DNA of 63,656 nucleotides, the filler included, from Octopus bimaculoides (taxonomy: Eukaryota), in NCBI RefSeq assembly GCF_001194135.2. It is 6 parts of 5 records of this genome, joined end to end, with 100 filler letters (N's around TTAATTAATTAA, not from the genome) between each part and the next. Parts side by side here need not be neighbours in the genome. Positions count along the whole stretch, not along the records: positions 49,934 to 57,192 come from NC_068999.1; positions 57,293 to 60,205 come from NC_068992.1; positions 60,306 to 63,656 come from NC_068990.1; 3 more parts are not named here. One strand, given 5' to 3'. Under the pieces are notes generated by a model that saw only the letters and a program-made list of their open reading frames with translations, ran no database searches and had not been told where the DNA came from. Of the stretch, positions 53,041 to 63,656 are shown piece by piece (within the stretch, counting starts at the first letter, position 1; every line of letters begins with the position of its first letter). A program made the position numbers and the translations under genes.

Positions 53041-53180
53041 ATCACGTAAGGCTATTCGTGATACAGCCTTACGTGAACACAGAAAGTGTGTCGTTAGTCA
53101 GCTGGAAGAAATGTCTTCCTGGGGCTATAAACGCCAGTAGCACTGTCCTGTATAGGACACCACACTTGGTTGGCAATTAA

Positions 53181-53218
<38 letters not shown>

Positions 53219-53366
53219 CCGTACATATGTAGACGTGTATATGTGTATGTGAGTATTTGTATTTTATATACTGAATACACACATGAAATAAAATATCTCT
53301 TGAAATTGGTTGAATCTACAAAAGAAACACTCACACCCATAGACACAAGACAAGCACTTACACTGT

Positions 53367-53419
<53 letters not shown>

Positions 53420-53714
53420 TCACACACACAGATTTTTAACTCTCCGACGAGAATTATGGAGGCAGTTTAAATCCTCTCTATATTCTTCCTCTATTTTAAT
53501 ATTTATTGCGCCGAGCAGACAGTTCGTACATTTAATACCATTCCACCCGGTATATATGCATTGGACTTCAAAGGTTCTGGATATGGTACCTGTCTAGCAC
53601 CAAATTATTACCATTCACAGAATTCTAAACGGAATTTCAAGTATTAAATTAATGCTCTTTTAATGAATCGGAAATTAAGTTTATCTTTTCTTTATTCTTA
53701 TCTTTCATCTTTTG

Positions 53715-53910
53715 GTTATTTCTGTCACTTGGATGCGGCCATGCTGGAGCACCTCCTTGGAGGGTATTTAGCCGAATAAATCGACCCCAGGACTTGCTTT
53801 TAAGCTTAGTACTCATTTTATCGGTCTCTTTTCGCCGAACTGCTAGATTACGGGAACGTAAACGCACCAACACCGGTCGTCAAACGATGGTGGAGGACAA
53901 ACACACACAG
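53715..53910 (-). mobile_element. SINE family A, 3' part
   Basis: gcggccatgctggagcacc...aaatcgaccccaggactt...aaacgcaccaacaccggtcgtcaaacgatggtggaggacaaac. Confidence 0.75.
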
Positions 53911-53918
53911 AGCTATAC

Positions 53919-53963
<45 letters not shown>

Positions 53964-53987
53964 AATATATATATATTAGTGTGTGTA

Positions 53988-54023
<36 letters not shown>

Positions 54024-55071
54024 NNNNNNNNNNNNNNNNNNNNNNNNNNNNNNNNNNNNNNNNNNNNNNNNNNNNNNNNNNNNNNNNNNNNNNNNNNNNN
54101 NNNNNNNNNNNNNNNNNNNNNNNNNNNNNNNNNNNNNNNNNNNNNNNNNNNNNNNNNNNNNNNNNNNNNNNNNNNNNNNNNNNNNNNNNNNNNNNNNNNN
54201 NNNNNNNNNNNNNNNNNNNNNNNNNNNNNNNNNNNNNNNNNNNNNNNNNNNNNNNNNNNNNNNNNNNNNNNNNNNNNNNNNNNNNNNNNNNNNNNNNNNN
54301 NNNNNNNNNNNNNNNNNNNNNNNNNNNNNNNNNNNNNNNNNNNNNNNNNNNNNNNNNNNNNNNNNNNNNNNNNNNNNNNNNNNNNNNNNNNNNNNNNNNN
54401 NNNNNNNNNNNNNNNNNNNNNNNNNNNNNNNNNNNNNNNNNNNNNNNNNNNNNNNNNNNNNNNNNNNNNNNNNNNNNNNNNNNNNNNNNNNNNNNNNNNN
54501 NNNNNNNNNNNNNNNNNNNNNNNNNNNNNNNNNNNNNNNNNNNNNNNNNNNNNNNNNNNNNNNNNNNNNNNNNNNNNNNNNNNNNNNNNNNNNNNNNNNN
54601 NNNNNNNNNNNNNNNNNNNNNNNNNNNNNNNNNNNNNNNNNNNNNNNNNNNNNNNNNNNNNNNNNNNNNNNNNNNNNNNNNNNNNNNNNNNNNNNNNNNN
54701 NNNNNNNNNNNNNNNNNNNNNNNNNNNNNNNNNNNNNNNNNNNNNNNNNNNNNNNNNNNNNNNNNNNNNNNNNNNNNNNNNNNNNNNNNNNNNNNNNNNN
54801 NNNNNNNNNNNNNNNNNNNNNNNNNNNNNNNNNNNNNNNNNNNNNNNNNNNNNNNNNNNNNNNNNNNNNNNNNNNNNNNNNNNNNNNNNNNNNNNNNNNN
54901 NNNNNNNNNNNNNNNNNNNNNNNNNNNNNNNNNNNNNNNNNNNNNNNNNNNNNNNNNNNNNNNNNNNNNNNNNNNNNNNNNNNNNNNNNNNNNNNNNNNN
55001 NNNNNNNNNNNNNNCACATACAGAGACAAAAACACACACACAAACACACACACACATACAGAGACAAAAAC

Positions 55072-55166
<95 letters not shown>

Positions 55167-55491
55167 TGTACAATGTATCTAAGTGCGTATATTTGATTGT
55201 GTGTGTGTGTACATTCCTTGCGTGTCTATTCCATTTTATATTAATTATAAAAACAATCGCCATTATTGCAATGCAAGACTCGGTTATATTGTGTCATAAC
55301 AGTTCTGCCAAGAAGTCGAACATTGCAAAATGACATGAAAAGCTGGTCAAGAAGCTGAACAATTCTACCAACGACGTCAACGGAGGATCCTCAAAGACAT
55401 CTGATGAGACAGAATTATTAATGAAGAAATACTTTCGCAAAACTATTACCAGTTACTGCAAAACATCGTGGCAGGTCATATTATATACCTA

Positions 55492-55970
55492 CAGTATCCC
55501 ACAGAAGTATAGACACCCCTAAAAAATTTCAGTAGAATTGTTATTACTCTGATAATATCTGTGGGGAGTTTTGAAAGGGAAGGTTGAAGAGAAAAAACTC
55601 CGCAATGTATCACAGTTGAAAGACATCATTCAGGATGAATGGAGAACGATTTCATTGGTTAAATGCAGAAATTTAGTCGATTCTACGCCCAGAAGACTTA
55701 ATGCAGTCATTGAAAGCAAGGACGGTCACACCAAATATTGAATATAGCAAATAATACTTTCGAGGGTACATATTTTTGTATTGTTTGGAAATTAATATTT
55801 CGGTCGTATCTTTGAAAATGTTTATTGTTTTGTGTTCCAAATTTGTATAATGTTTGCATGTATAATATATTTTATTCAGTATAAATTTCGTTTGATTTCG
55901 TTCGATATTATCAGAGTAATGCCAATTTTACTGAAATTTTATAGGAGTGAACATCTTTCTGTGAGATACT

Positions 55971-55971
<1 letters not shown>
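55492..55971 (+). mobile_element. Internally deleted Tc1-family DNA transposon
   Basis: TA|CAGTATC...GATACTG ends with ~68-bp imperfect TIRs (55492-55559 / ~55904-55971). 55571-55741 encodes LKGKVEEKKLRNVSQLKDIIQDEWRTISLVKCRNLVDSTPRRLNAVIESKDGHTKY*, a typical Tc1 transposase C-terminus. Confidence 0.9.
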
Positions 55972-56004
<33 letters not shown>

Positions 56005-56624
56005 ATGCATTTATGTATGTTGTATGTATGTTGTATGTATGTATATATATATGTATATATGTAATGTGTGTATGTGTATATATGTATATATATATATATT
56101 ATGTATCTATGTATACGCACGCGCACACACACATATCTATATACGTTGACTGCAGTCTGGCCGCAATCAGTCGCAGCGGCTGCATGTGAGCGCGCAGGGA
56201 GCGAAGGCCGCCTCCCGCCGCATCGCTGCAGAACCCGGCTCACTAGCTCGATCCGCACCGGCTCGGTGCGCGGACATCGGATCGAAATTTTTTCTTCGGC
56301 GAACTCTCGTTTCGATCGGCAGACACGAGCTTGGGTATACACCTGGTAGTATTCCATTTAACTTGTGTTTTCTTCTGTGTGCGACTAGCTATGGGAAAGT
56401 ACCAAAATGTATTCTTACCGAAATAAGCGAAACGAGATTAAAGAAGGAGGTACGTTTTCACGAGGCGCATCTGCAACGAATGAAGTGCTACAACTTTTTG
56501 TAGAGAATCTCACTCGGGAGGGACCGATGCACGGTGGGTCGAAACGATCGTAGTGATTAATATAGAATCCATTTTCTTTCTCTTCCAATTTCTTTATCTT
56601 ACTCTCATATGCTATATATATATA

Positions 56625-56736
56625 TAGCAAAAGTAACAGAGTGACTCAAGGTCCGAAACTTTCCTGCGTTGGCATTTATCAATAAGTACCAACATACGAA
56701 ACTCTCAGACCTTGAGTCACTCTGTTGCTTCTGCTA
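56625..56736. mobile_element. Mini foldback element, 29-bp TIRs
   Basis: tagcaaaagtaacagagtgactcaaggtc / gaccttgagtcactctgttgcttctgcta (27 of 29 match); adjacent to (TA)n. Confidence 0.75.
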
Positions 56737-57121
56737 AATATTAATATAAAGTTCAAAATTATACAAAAACAAAACACAAAAGACATACAGACAGGTGAGT
56801 GAACAACGAACAAGGTGCATTAATTTTGCACTCAGGAAAATAGAGGACGTTTCGTGCCTACCCTCTTTTACAGAAAAGAATGGAATGAGGAGAGGAAACA
56901 GAGGGTGAGAGGTAAAAAAAAAAAGTAGAATGTAGAGGCAAAAATAAACATGTCTTGATTAACGGTTGCACAATATATGATGATAGCTAGCTAGCTTGAC
57001 AGATATTAGAAGCCGACTTCCACACATATTTCCACATACCTGAGTCCTCACATACAGACGCGTATGTTGATACGAGCTCAAATATAGAAATACTGAATAA
57101 ACCGATACTGAACAAAGATCT

Positions 57122-57192
<71 letters not shown>

Positions 57193-59004
57193 NNNNNNNN
57201 NNNNNNNNNNNNNNNNNNNNNNNNNNNNNNNNNNNNTTAATTAATTAANNNNNNNNNNNNNNNNNNNNNNNNNNNNNNNNNNNNNNNNNNNNTGTGTGTG
57301 TGTGTGTGTGTGTACTGGTGCATTCGTATCTTTGAGTTTCTTGCAAGAAGGTAGAGAAAATACTGGAAGTAAATAAAAGGAGAATAAAATAATTTCTGAG
57401 ACGTTGAAAGGGAATTTTGTGGATGCGCCTGTGCGCATGTCTGTCTGTACATAATGAGTGTTTGTTGGTGTATGACTATATGGATAAGTGAGTGAGTGAG
57501 TGAGTGAGTGAGACATGCTAAAATAACGAGTAGGACAGAAATTATCAGAGAAAAGAAGAGTCGACCGATATGTTAATGCATACAAAGACAGGTTTAAAAA
57601 AATACTTTCTCTTACAGTCACAAGGAGGGAGTTTTAGGTGGTTATATCGATCTTAGTATTCAGTTGGTACTTATTTTATTGTCCATGCTCCAATGAAAGG
57701 AAAAGTCGAACATGAAGATAGACGTAATGCTGATAAGCATTTCTTGTCCTGCATGTTAACGATGTTGCCAGCTCACCGCCCTGGTTTTGAATAAGAATAA
57801 AATGAATTAAATAACCACGGAAGGAAGAAAACGAGGAGAACCTCGAGAAACAGACAGACACCGTGCAGGGAGAGCAGAGTGCTTGAGACGCTAGAGTAAA
57901 TGTCAAATTTTTCGAGATGCAACAAGAGGAAGATGAGCTTAATATGGTGGAAATCAGTTAGTTAGACTATATCAAGAGACATTTGAGGAAATTGAGATGA
58001 GAAACGGAGAGATACGAAGAAGTGTGTGGGGGAAGGAGGGAGTGAAGAAATGAAGGAGGAAGTGAGAAAGTGAGTGTGTGTATAGGTGAGTGTGTGTATA
58101 GGTGAGTGTGTCTGTCAGTGGTTGAGTGAGTGGTTGGGTGACTGAGTGAGTGAGAGAGAGGGAGAGAAATTGTGTGAGAGAGTGAGTGAGTGAATGATTA
58201 TAAGAGTTAGTAAGGGAGGGATTATAAGAGATAGTTAGGGAGTGAATGAACGAGTGAGTGAGAAATAAAATGGCAGCTAACAATGAAGAAAGAGAAAGAA
58301 TGTGAACAGAAAGAAGATGTGGAGAAGTAACTTGAGGGCAAAAATATAACTGAAGAACAAAGTATAAGAAGCACAGAATAAATCAGGTACAGAATGGTAA
58401 TAAGGTTTCTTAATGAGACTCGTGCAAAGATATCAAAGATTTAGAATCTAAGATAAAAAGTTGCTGCAAGATTAGAAAAAGTAAGTAAAGAACGAAGCAA
58501 TGGACGGGGAAGAAATGACAGAATTAGAGCTGCTGAGAGAACAGGAAATGAAGGCAAAGGGGAGATAATTGCTAGAAGATTATTGTAATGCTGAGAACAT
58601 GAGGTAAATACAGCCATGCTGGGTATAATACATAATTAATTTTATCATTTTCTGAATCAAATACTGAACGATAATCCTGTGGAAAACTTATTGAACTATA
58701 TCAACACTTACTTGCTAATAAACGCAGCTGTGATGGTTTATTGAATAAGTGCTGTCGTGAAGATTAGATCCTTCAATATCGCCGTTTTCCGGAATACTTG
58801 AAATGCATTGAGTTACCTGTTTGTGTTTTCTTTTCTGTAACAAGATTAGATCTTACAACGCAGCACTTATGTCGACTTCAATGCACCAACTTTCCGGCCT
58901 TCCACCCCTAATCTTAATGAACATGCACGTAATAATAGTAATTTACTTCCAGGAAAGGGGATTACAGCATCACTAATATGTTGCTTCGTATATAACATAA
59001 TGGG

Positions 59005-59215
59005 GGCGCTAGGCTTAGTGGTTAGGGTGTTGGACTCATGATCGTAAGATTGTGGTTTCGATTCCTGGACCGGGCGATGCGTTGTGTTCTTGAGCAAAAC
59101 ACTTCATTTCATATTGCTCCCATCCAGTCAGCTAGGGAACATGCGTAATCCTGCGACGGACCGGCGTCGCATCCAGGTGAGGAATATATACGACACGGAA
59201 ACAGGGAAACTGACC
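59005..59215 (+). mobile_element. tRNA-derived SINE (family B), with head
   Basis: A-box-like aggcttagtgg, B-box-like ggtttcgattcc (59054-59065), then ttgagcaaaacacttcatttc...aatcctgcgacggaccggcgtc. Confidence 0.75.
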
Positions 59216-59234
59216 CTATTCATTTTTTGTTCTT

Positions 59235-59479
59235 TTATTTGTTTCAGTCATTTGAGTGCGGCCATGCTGGAGCACCGTCTTTAGCCGAACAAATCGATCC
59301 TGGGACTTATTTTTTGCAAGCCTAGTACTTGTTCTATNNNNNNNNNNNNNNNNNNNNNNNNNNNNNNNNNNNNNNNNNNNNNNNNNNNNNNNNNNNNNNN
59401 NNNNNNNNNNNNNNNNNNNNNNNNNNNNNNNNNNNNNNNNNNNNNNNNNNNNNNNNNNNNNNNNNNNNNNNNNNNNNNN

Positions 59480-59511
<32 letters not shown>

Positions 59512-59665
59512 ACGACAGGTTTCTTTCAGTTTCCGTCTACCAAATCCATTCACAGGGCTTTGGTCGCCCTGAGGCTATAGTAGGTGACATTTGCCCGAAG
59601 TGCCAAGCAGTCGGATTGAACCCGGAACCATGTGGTTGGGGAGCAAGCTACTTACCACTCACCCA
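59235..59665 (-). mobile_element. SINE family A (spans a gap)
   Basis: Same blocks as 18500-18990; head ...ggattgaacccggaaccatgtggttgggg... on the minus strand. Confidence 0.75.
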
Positions 59666-61416
59666 CTCCGGCGCCTATATGAATTTATATTATGTGTACT
59701 ATCTATATGTATACCATATATTTTGTATACCATATATACACCCGTAGTTATATACAGATTTATGTTCACATTGATGACTAAAGAAGCGGTAAGTTCGCAG
59801 AAATGTTAGCATGTCGGACAAAAGCTTAGCGACATTTCTTCTGGATCTTCTGTGTTCAAATCCCACCAAAGTCAATTCTGACTTCCATTCATTCGGGCAT
59901 CGATAAAATAAAGTACCAGTCATGTACTGGGGTTGCTGTAATCGCCATGTCCCACTCCCCTCAAAAGTTGCTTATATTGAACCCTACAATGGACTGGCGT
60001 CCCATTCAAGGGAGTTGTTGTGGCGCCATGAAAAGCGGATCGTACAATAGGAGGGAAAAAAACACGTTACTAGAGAAGAACAAATAAATGTAACATTGTG
60101 ACAGCATTCGAATAATATTTTGAAGTGACATTGTCGTCGTCGTCATCCTGGTCGTGGTGGTCGTCGTCGTGGTCTTGGTGGTCGTCGTGGTCGTCGTGGT
60201 GGTGGNNNNNNNNNNNNNNNNNNNNNNNNNNNNNNNNNNNNNNNNNNNNTTAATTAATTAANNNNNNNNNNNNNNNNNNNNNNNNNNNNNNNNNNNNNNN
60301 NNNNNGTATATATTTATTATCAGAACTTCAATTGGAAAACTTAAAATTGGAGGGTGGTTTATATAGGGATGACCTTTTATTACTAACTTAGAATTGCACC
60401 AATAGAACATTAGAATTATATAAGAAGAAACTATATAGTTTTTTTTTTTAAAGAAATGGATTAACGATTACTATATATAATGAGAACTATAATGTTAATT
60501 ATTTAGATGCTAATTTTAATTTAAGAACAGGTAAAACCCAACCATTCCATAAAATTAATGAAAACATTAGATATATTAATGCTAATAGTAATCATCCACC
60601 CTCAATTAAATCGTTAACATATAATATAGGGAAGAGAATATCGTTACTTTCTTCTAATTTTGAGATTTTCCAAAAACATGCACCTTATTATAATGAAACC
60701 CTTCATGAGGCGGGATATACTAATAATATTCAATTCTTTAATAATTCCAAATATAATTATAATATCAAAGATTATAATATTAATGATCCATTTATTTTCT
60801 ATAATAAACATAACATTAAGAATTATGATGAGGTCTACTTAGGTAATAATGGTAAGAATAATAGGTATTATGATAATAGAACTATTCTAGTTACTAATTA
60901 ACCAATACATCAGTTCATTGATCGATTAATTATTGACTTATTTACTCATTTGAGTAGGTGAAGTGTACTGGAGCTATATAGATAGAATGGGGCATGCCAA
61001 CGCTAGGCTGAAACAGCTGTAAGATTTTGTCCCTTCTCCAATTGCTAGATGTCCTTTAAATTTGGAATCTTAATTGTTGATATGACATGGTATGCCATAA
61101 GTGTCTGTATATGTTGTTATTGTCATTTTGGTCATAAAATAAACAGATTAATCAACAGAATACAGTGTCTGCAAGTTGATGAGTACCTCATATTCCCCTC
61201 CATTTTCTTATTGGTATATAAATTTAGGGTAAAAAAAAACCCTTTTACCCATACCCACTTATTGCACTTGGTATAACACTAGTGTAACAATAATTGGGTA
61301 CCCTCCCAGCAGTATATTGGATAGATATTATCCCTTAATGGGTTAGATCCTCAACCCCTAACTCTTTTGGATTATATATATATATACACACATGTGCATA
61401 TATATACATACATGTG

Positions 61417-61454
<38 letters not shown>

Positions 61455-61616
61455 CATATATCAATCTCCACAATGTGTTGAGAAAAACATGTAATCGCTA
61501 CCAATATAGCAAGAGATTTCTCCGCAAAGGTCTAGACTCCTTATGGATCGATCTCCTTGGTTATATATCAAAAATTTAAACGAGTGTTTTGACGCTAATA
61601 TCCATTATTATTGAAG

Positions 61617-61706
61617 TTTATTCCTATGTCAACATTTCTGTATAAGGCTATATTTAACTGTCAAATTCAAGTTAAATAAATTACCTTACACATCTTCAGG
61701 GTAAAA
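61617..61706 (-). ncRNA. Type I hammerhead ribozyme, extended stem II (AUA site)
   Basis: Minus strand: ttttacc CUGAAGA tgtgtaagg..tatttaac..gttaaata..ccttataca GAAA U guugac AUA ggaataaa. Stem II 9 bp + 8 bp; stem III A-U, U-A, G-C; stem I weak. Confidence 0.65.
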
Positions 61707-62562
61707 GGTAAATAGCAAAAAGTAAACACCAAAAACATTGTCTCTAAGTCTGGTTCATATTCAAATTTCTCCTTATATAAAGGTCCATCAAAGGGAGAAA
61801 ACTCCTCATAATATTATTAATTAATTATAAACAATCACATATTACAATGGAAATCTATATTATATTATCTCTAGAAACTTTAGCAAATAATCACAAATAC
61901 AAATACATGCTATTGGTATATTATACATTGATATGGCCTGCCTTAAGACCTAATATTATACTATAATGTACTATAATACCCGATCATACTGAAATTTATA
62001 ACTCATTTAAACCAGAGAAACGTGTGTTTCGGTTAATGGGTAGTTTACAAATGCATTATAAGTACGATAACCGAGAATTATATTTACGTAGGATGTAGCA
62101 TTAATCTGAAACAGAATATATAACCATAGGTCTTCTTTTAGACTAAGACATAAGGCAAATAGTACGACATTAGCAAATAAAATTTGGAGTTAAAGGATAA
62201 TGTTATTAGTTTTAGCCTTAAAAGGGAAATTATAAGAAAAGCTCAACCTTATAGAAATAGTAGATATGGATGTGAATTATGTTCTATGGAAATATATGAA
62301 ATTTTTAAACTTAGAAATAATCCTAACCTAATCAATAATAGATTAGACCTTAGAGTATCGTGTGTACACTGCTCTACTCGCACTTTTAAATTTTTTTAAA
62401 AGTAGTTAAAATTATCAAAATATGGTATTGCATTCATTTTCAGTAATATTGTTAAATGTCTTTCTCTTATTTATTGGTAAAATATGTATTTTTATATAAA
62501 TTCATTTGATATTTATTGTTAGTCGAAATATATACATTGATATTATCATTATTATTGTATTT

Positions 62563-62680
62563 TGACCTGAAGATTAGCTATATTTTTTAATAGAATTGAT
62601 TTTTAATCCATTTATTTTGAATCGATTTGATTTTTATTTGATTTTCTATTTTAAAAATGGTTATGAAACACGTGTAGTCA
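62563..62680 (+). ncRNA. Type I hammerhead ribozyme, very long stem II (GUA site)
   Basis: Stem I tgac/gtca; CUGAAGA 62567-62573; stem II tagctat/atggtta, tttt/aaaa, aatagaa/ttctatt; GAAA 62665-62668; palindromic stem III ACACGUGU; GUA 62674-62676. Confidence 0.75.
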
Positions 62681-63235
62681 TTTTTACTATTTTAATATTT
62701 ATTACTTTGTACTTTTTTGATTTTTATTATAGGTCTTTTCGGTGTATTTACTTGTTAAATTTTTCTATATGTGATTGTGGATTTTCATGGATGAATTAAA
62801 TAATTGTGGGTTTTTTCTCTAAATTATATATTTATATATAATATATTGTGAAATTTAATTCAATTTTGATAAATCAAATTGAATTTTTCCCTGTAAATTT
62901 GGAATGTTTTCCCTAATATTATTATCATAATTATTTTAATATTTCAATTTATAACTAACATTTATTGTTTGTATTTAACATTCAAGTTTTGTTAGTTATG
63001 GAATTTACAGGTAGGATAGAACCGCCGTGTTGGTATTCATCTTTGAAGGATATCCCCATTCCATCTAGAAATGAATATATTTTGAAACTTATTAATAATA
63101 TTAAGGATTTTATTACTAGGCTTAAATGGAAAGCCTACTATAATAATTATAATATATCTAATAATAACGATGTAGATAATTCCAATTATATTAATTCAAA
63201 ATTTAAATCTAGAAAGAACCCCCTAACTCTCTTGG

Positions 63236-63275
<40 letters not shown>

Positions 63276-63279
63276 TATG

Positions 63280-63362
<83 letters not shown>

Positions 63363-63554
63363 TTTATTTTCTCTAAGTTAATAATTAACTCTGACAAAAT
63401 AAATTGGTTAATAGATACCAGGGTAGCAAAGATCACAAAAGGACTGTGGTGTGACTCCTGTTTATGAGGTAGAAACTCCTTCTTATTTTGGGTACTTGGG
63501 TAAATATACAAATTTAGTAAATGGAGTAAAATGCATATGTTAAATGAATTCTTT

Positions 63555-63646
63555 TATTTCCAGCATATGTTTCAAAGATTACAAATTGTACCTTCCAAAG
63601 AAATAGGTGATGTTGATAAGGATGTAATCTTCTCTTCAGGGAAATA
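63555..63646 (-). ncRNA. Type I hammerhead ribozyme with U16.1-to-C substitution
   Basis: Minus strand: tatttcc CUGAAGA gaagattaca...tgtaatcttt GAAAC auau GCU ggaaata. 7-bp stem I and 10-bp stem II; GCU replaces GUH. Confidence 0.7.
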
Positions 63647-63656
63647 CATAGGAACC

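Larger units (their letters stand above)
60305..63235 (+). mobile_element. Penelope-like element, tandem/pseudo-LTR arrangement
   Basis: RT C-half GLYRDDLLL (YRDD 60362-60373)...VNYLDANFNL..PFHK..YINANSNHPP..RISLLSS..APYYNETLHEAGY; GIY-YIG YIYVGC (62085-62093)..NHRSSFR..NSTTLA..IWELK..CELC..; 3' UTR with HHR; then the next ORF start YSSLKDIPIPSRNEYILKLI..FITRLKWKAY..KSRKNP (63032-63222). Confidence 0.9.

Noticed and set aside
63564-63656. Candidate RUNDC3 exon 3 after tttatttccag
   Set aside because: The required phase hits a stop after 15 codons, there is no RUN-domain similarity, and the sequence is explained by an antisense hammerhead.
1-63656. CRISPR arrays, rRNA genes or prokaryotic operons
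   Set aside because: None seen; the tandem motifs in RTE tails lack unique equal-length spacers, and the context is eukaryotic.

Overview
AT-rich, microsatellite- and gap-rich eukaryotic DNA. The repeat landscape suggests an octopod cephalopod (inference from pattern recognition, not a search). One host gene is supported: a RUN-domain gene of the RUNDC3 (RUNDC3A/RUNDC3B, RPIP8) family on the + strand. Coding exon 1 is at 3847-3932 and exon 2 at 21794-21909, separated by a ~17.9 kb intron; exon 3 was not found, so the rest of the window is presumed to be intron 2. The introns hold RTE and CR1/L2 LINE fragments, several tRNA-headed SINE families, an internally deleted Tc1 element, several inverted-repeat elements and two decayed Penelope-like retroelements (PLEs, RT + GIY-YIG). 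The most striking signal is a set of hammerhead-ribozyme (HHR) motifs. Five fit the fold well: 23005-23048 (+), 52995-53040 (+), 61617-61706 (-), 62563-62680 (+) and 63555-63646 (-, with one core substitution); several remnants are also present. One HHR belongs to a composite element: tRNA-like Pol III head, (AAT)n, hammerhead, inverted end. Other notable structures are a 138-bp-arm near-perfect palindrome (33762-34070) and an ~80-bp-TIR element enclosing a PLE GIY-YIG coding fragment (28026-28292). Nearly all ORFs in the supplied track are artefacts of N gaps and microsatellites. All structures were paired by eye; nothing was computed or searched.
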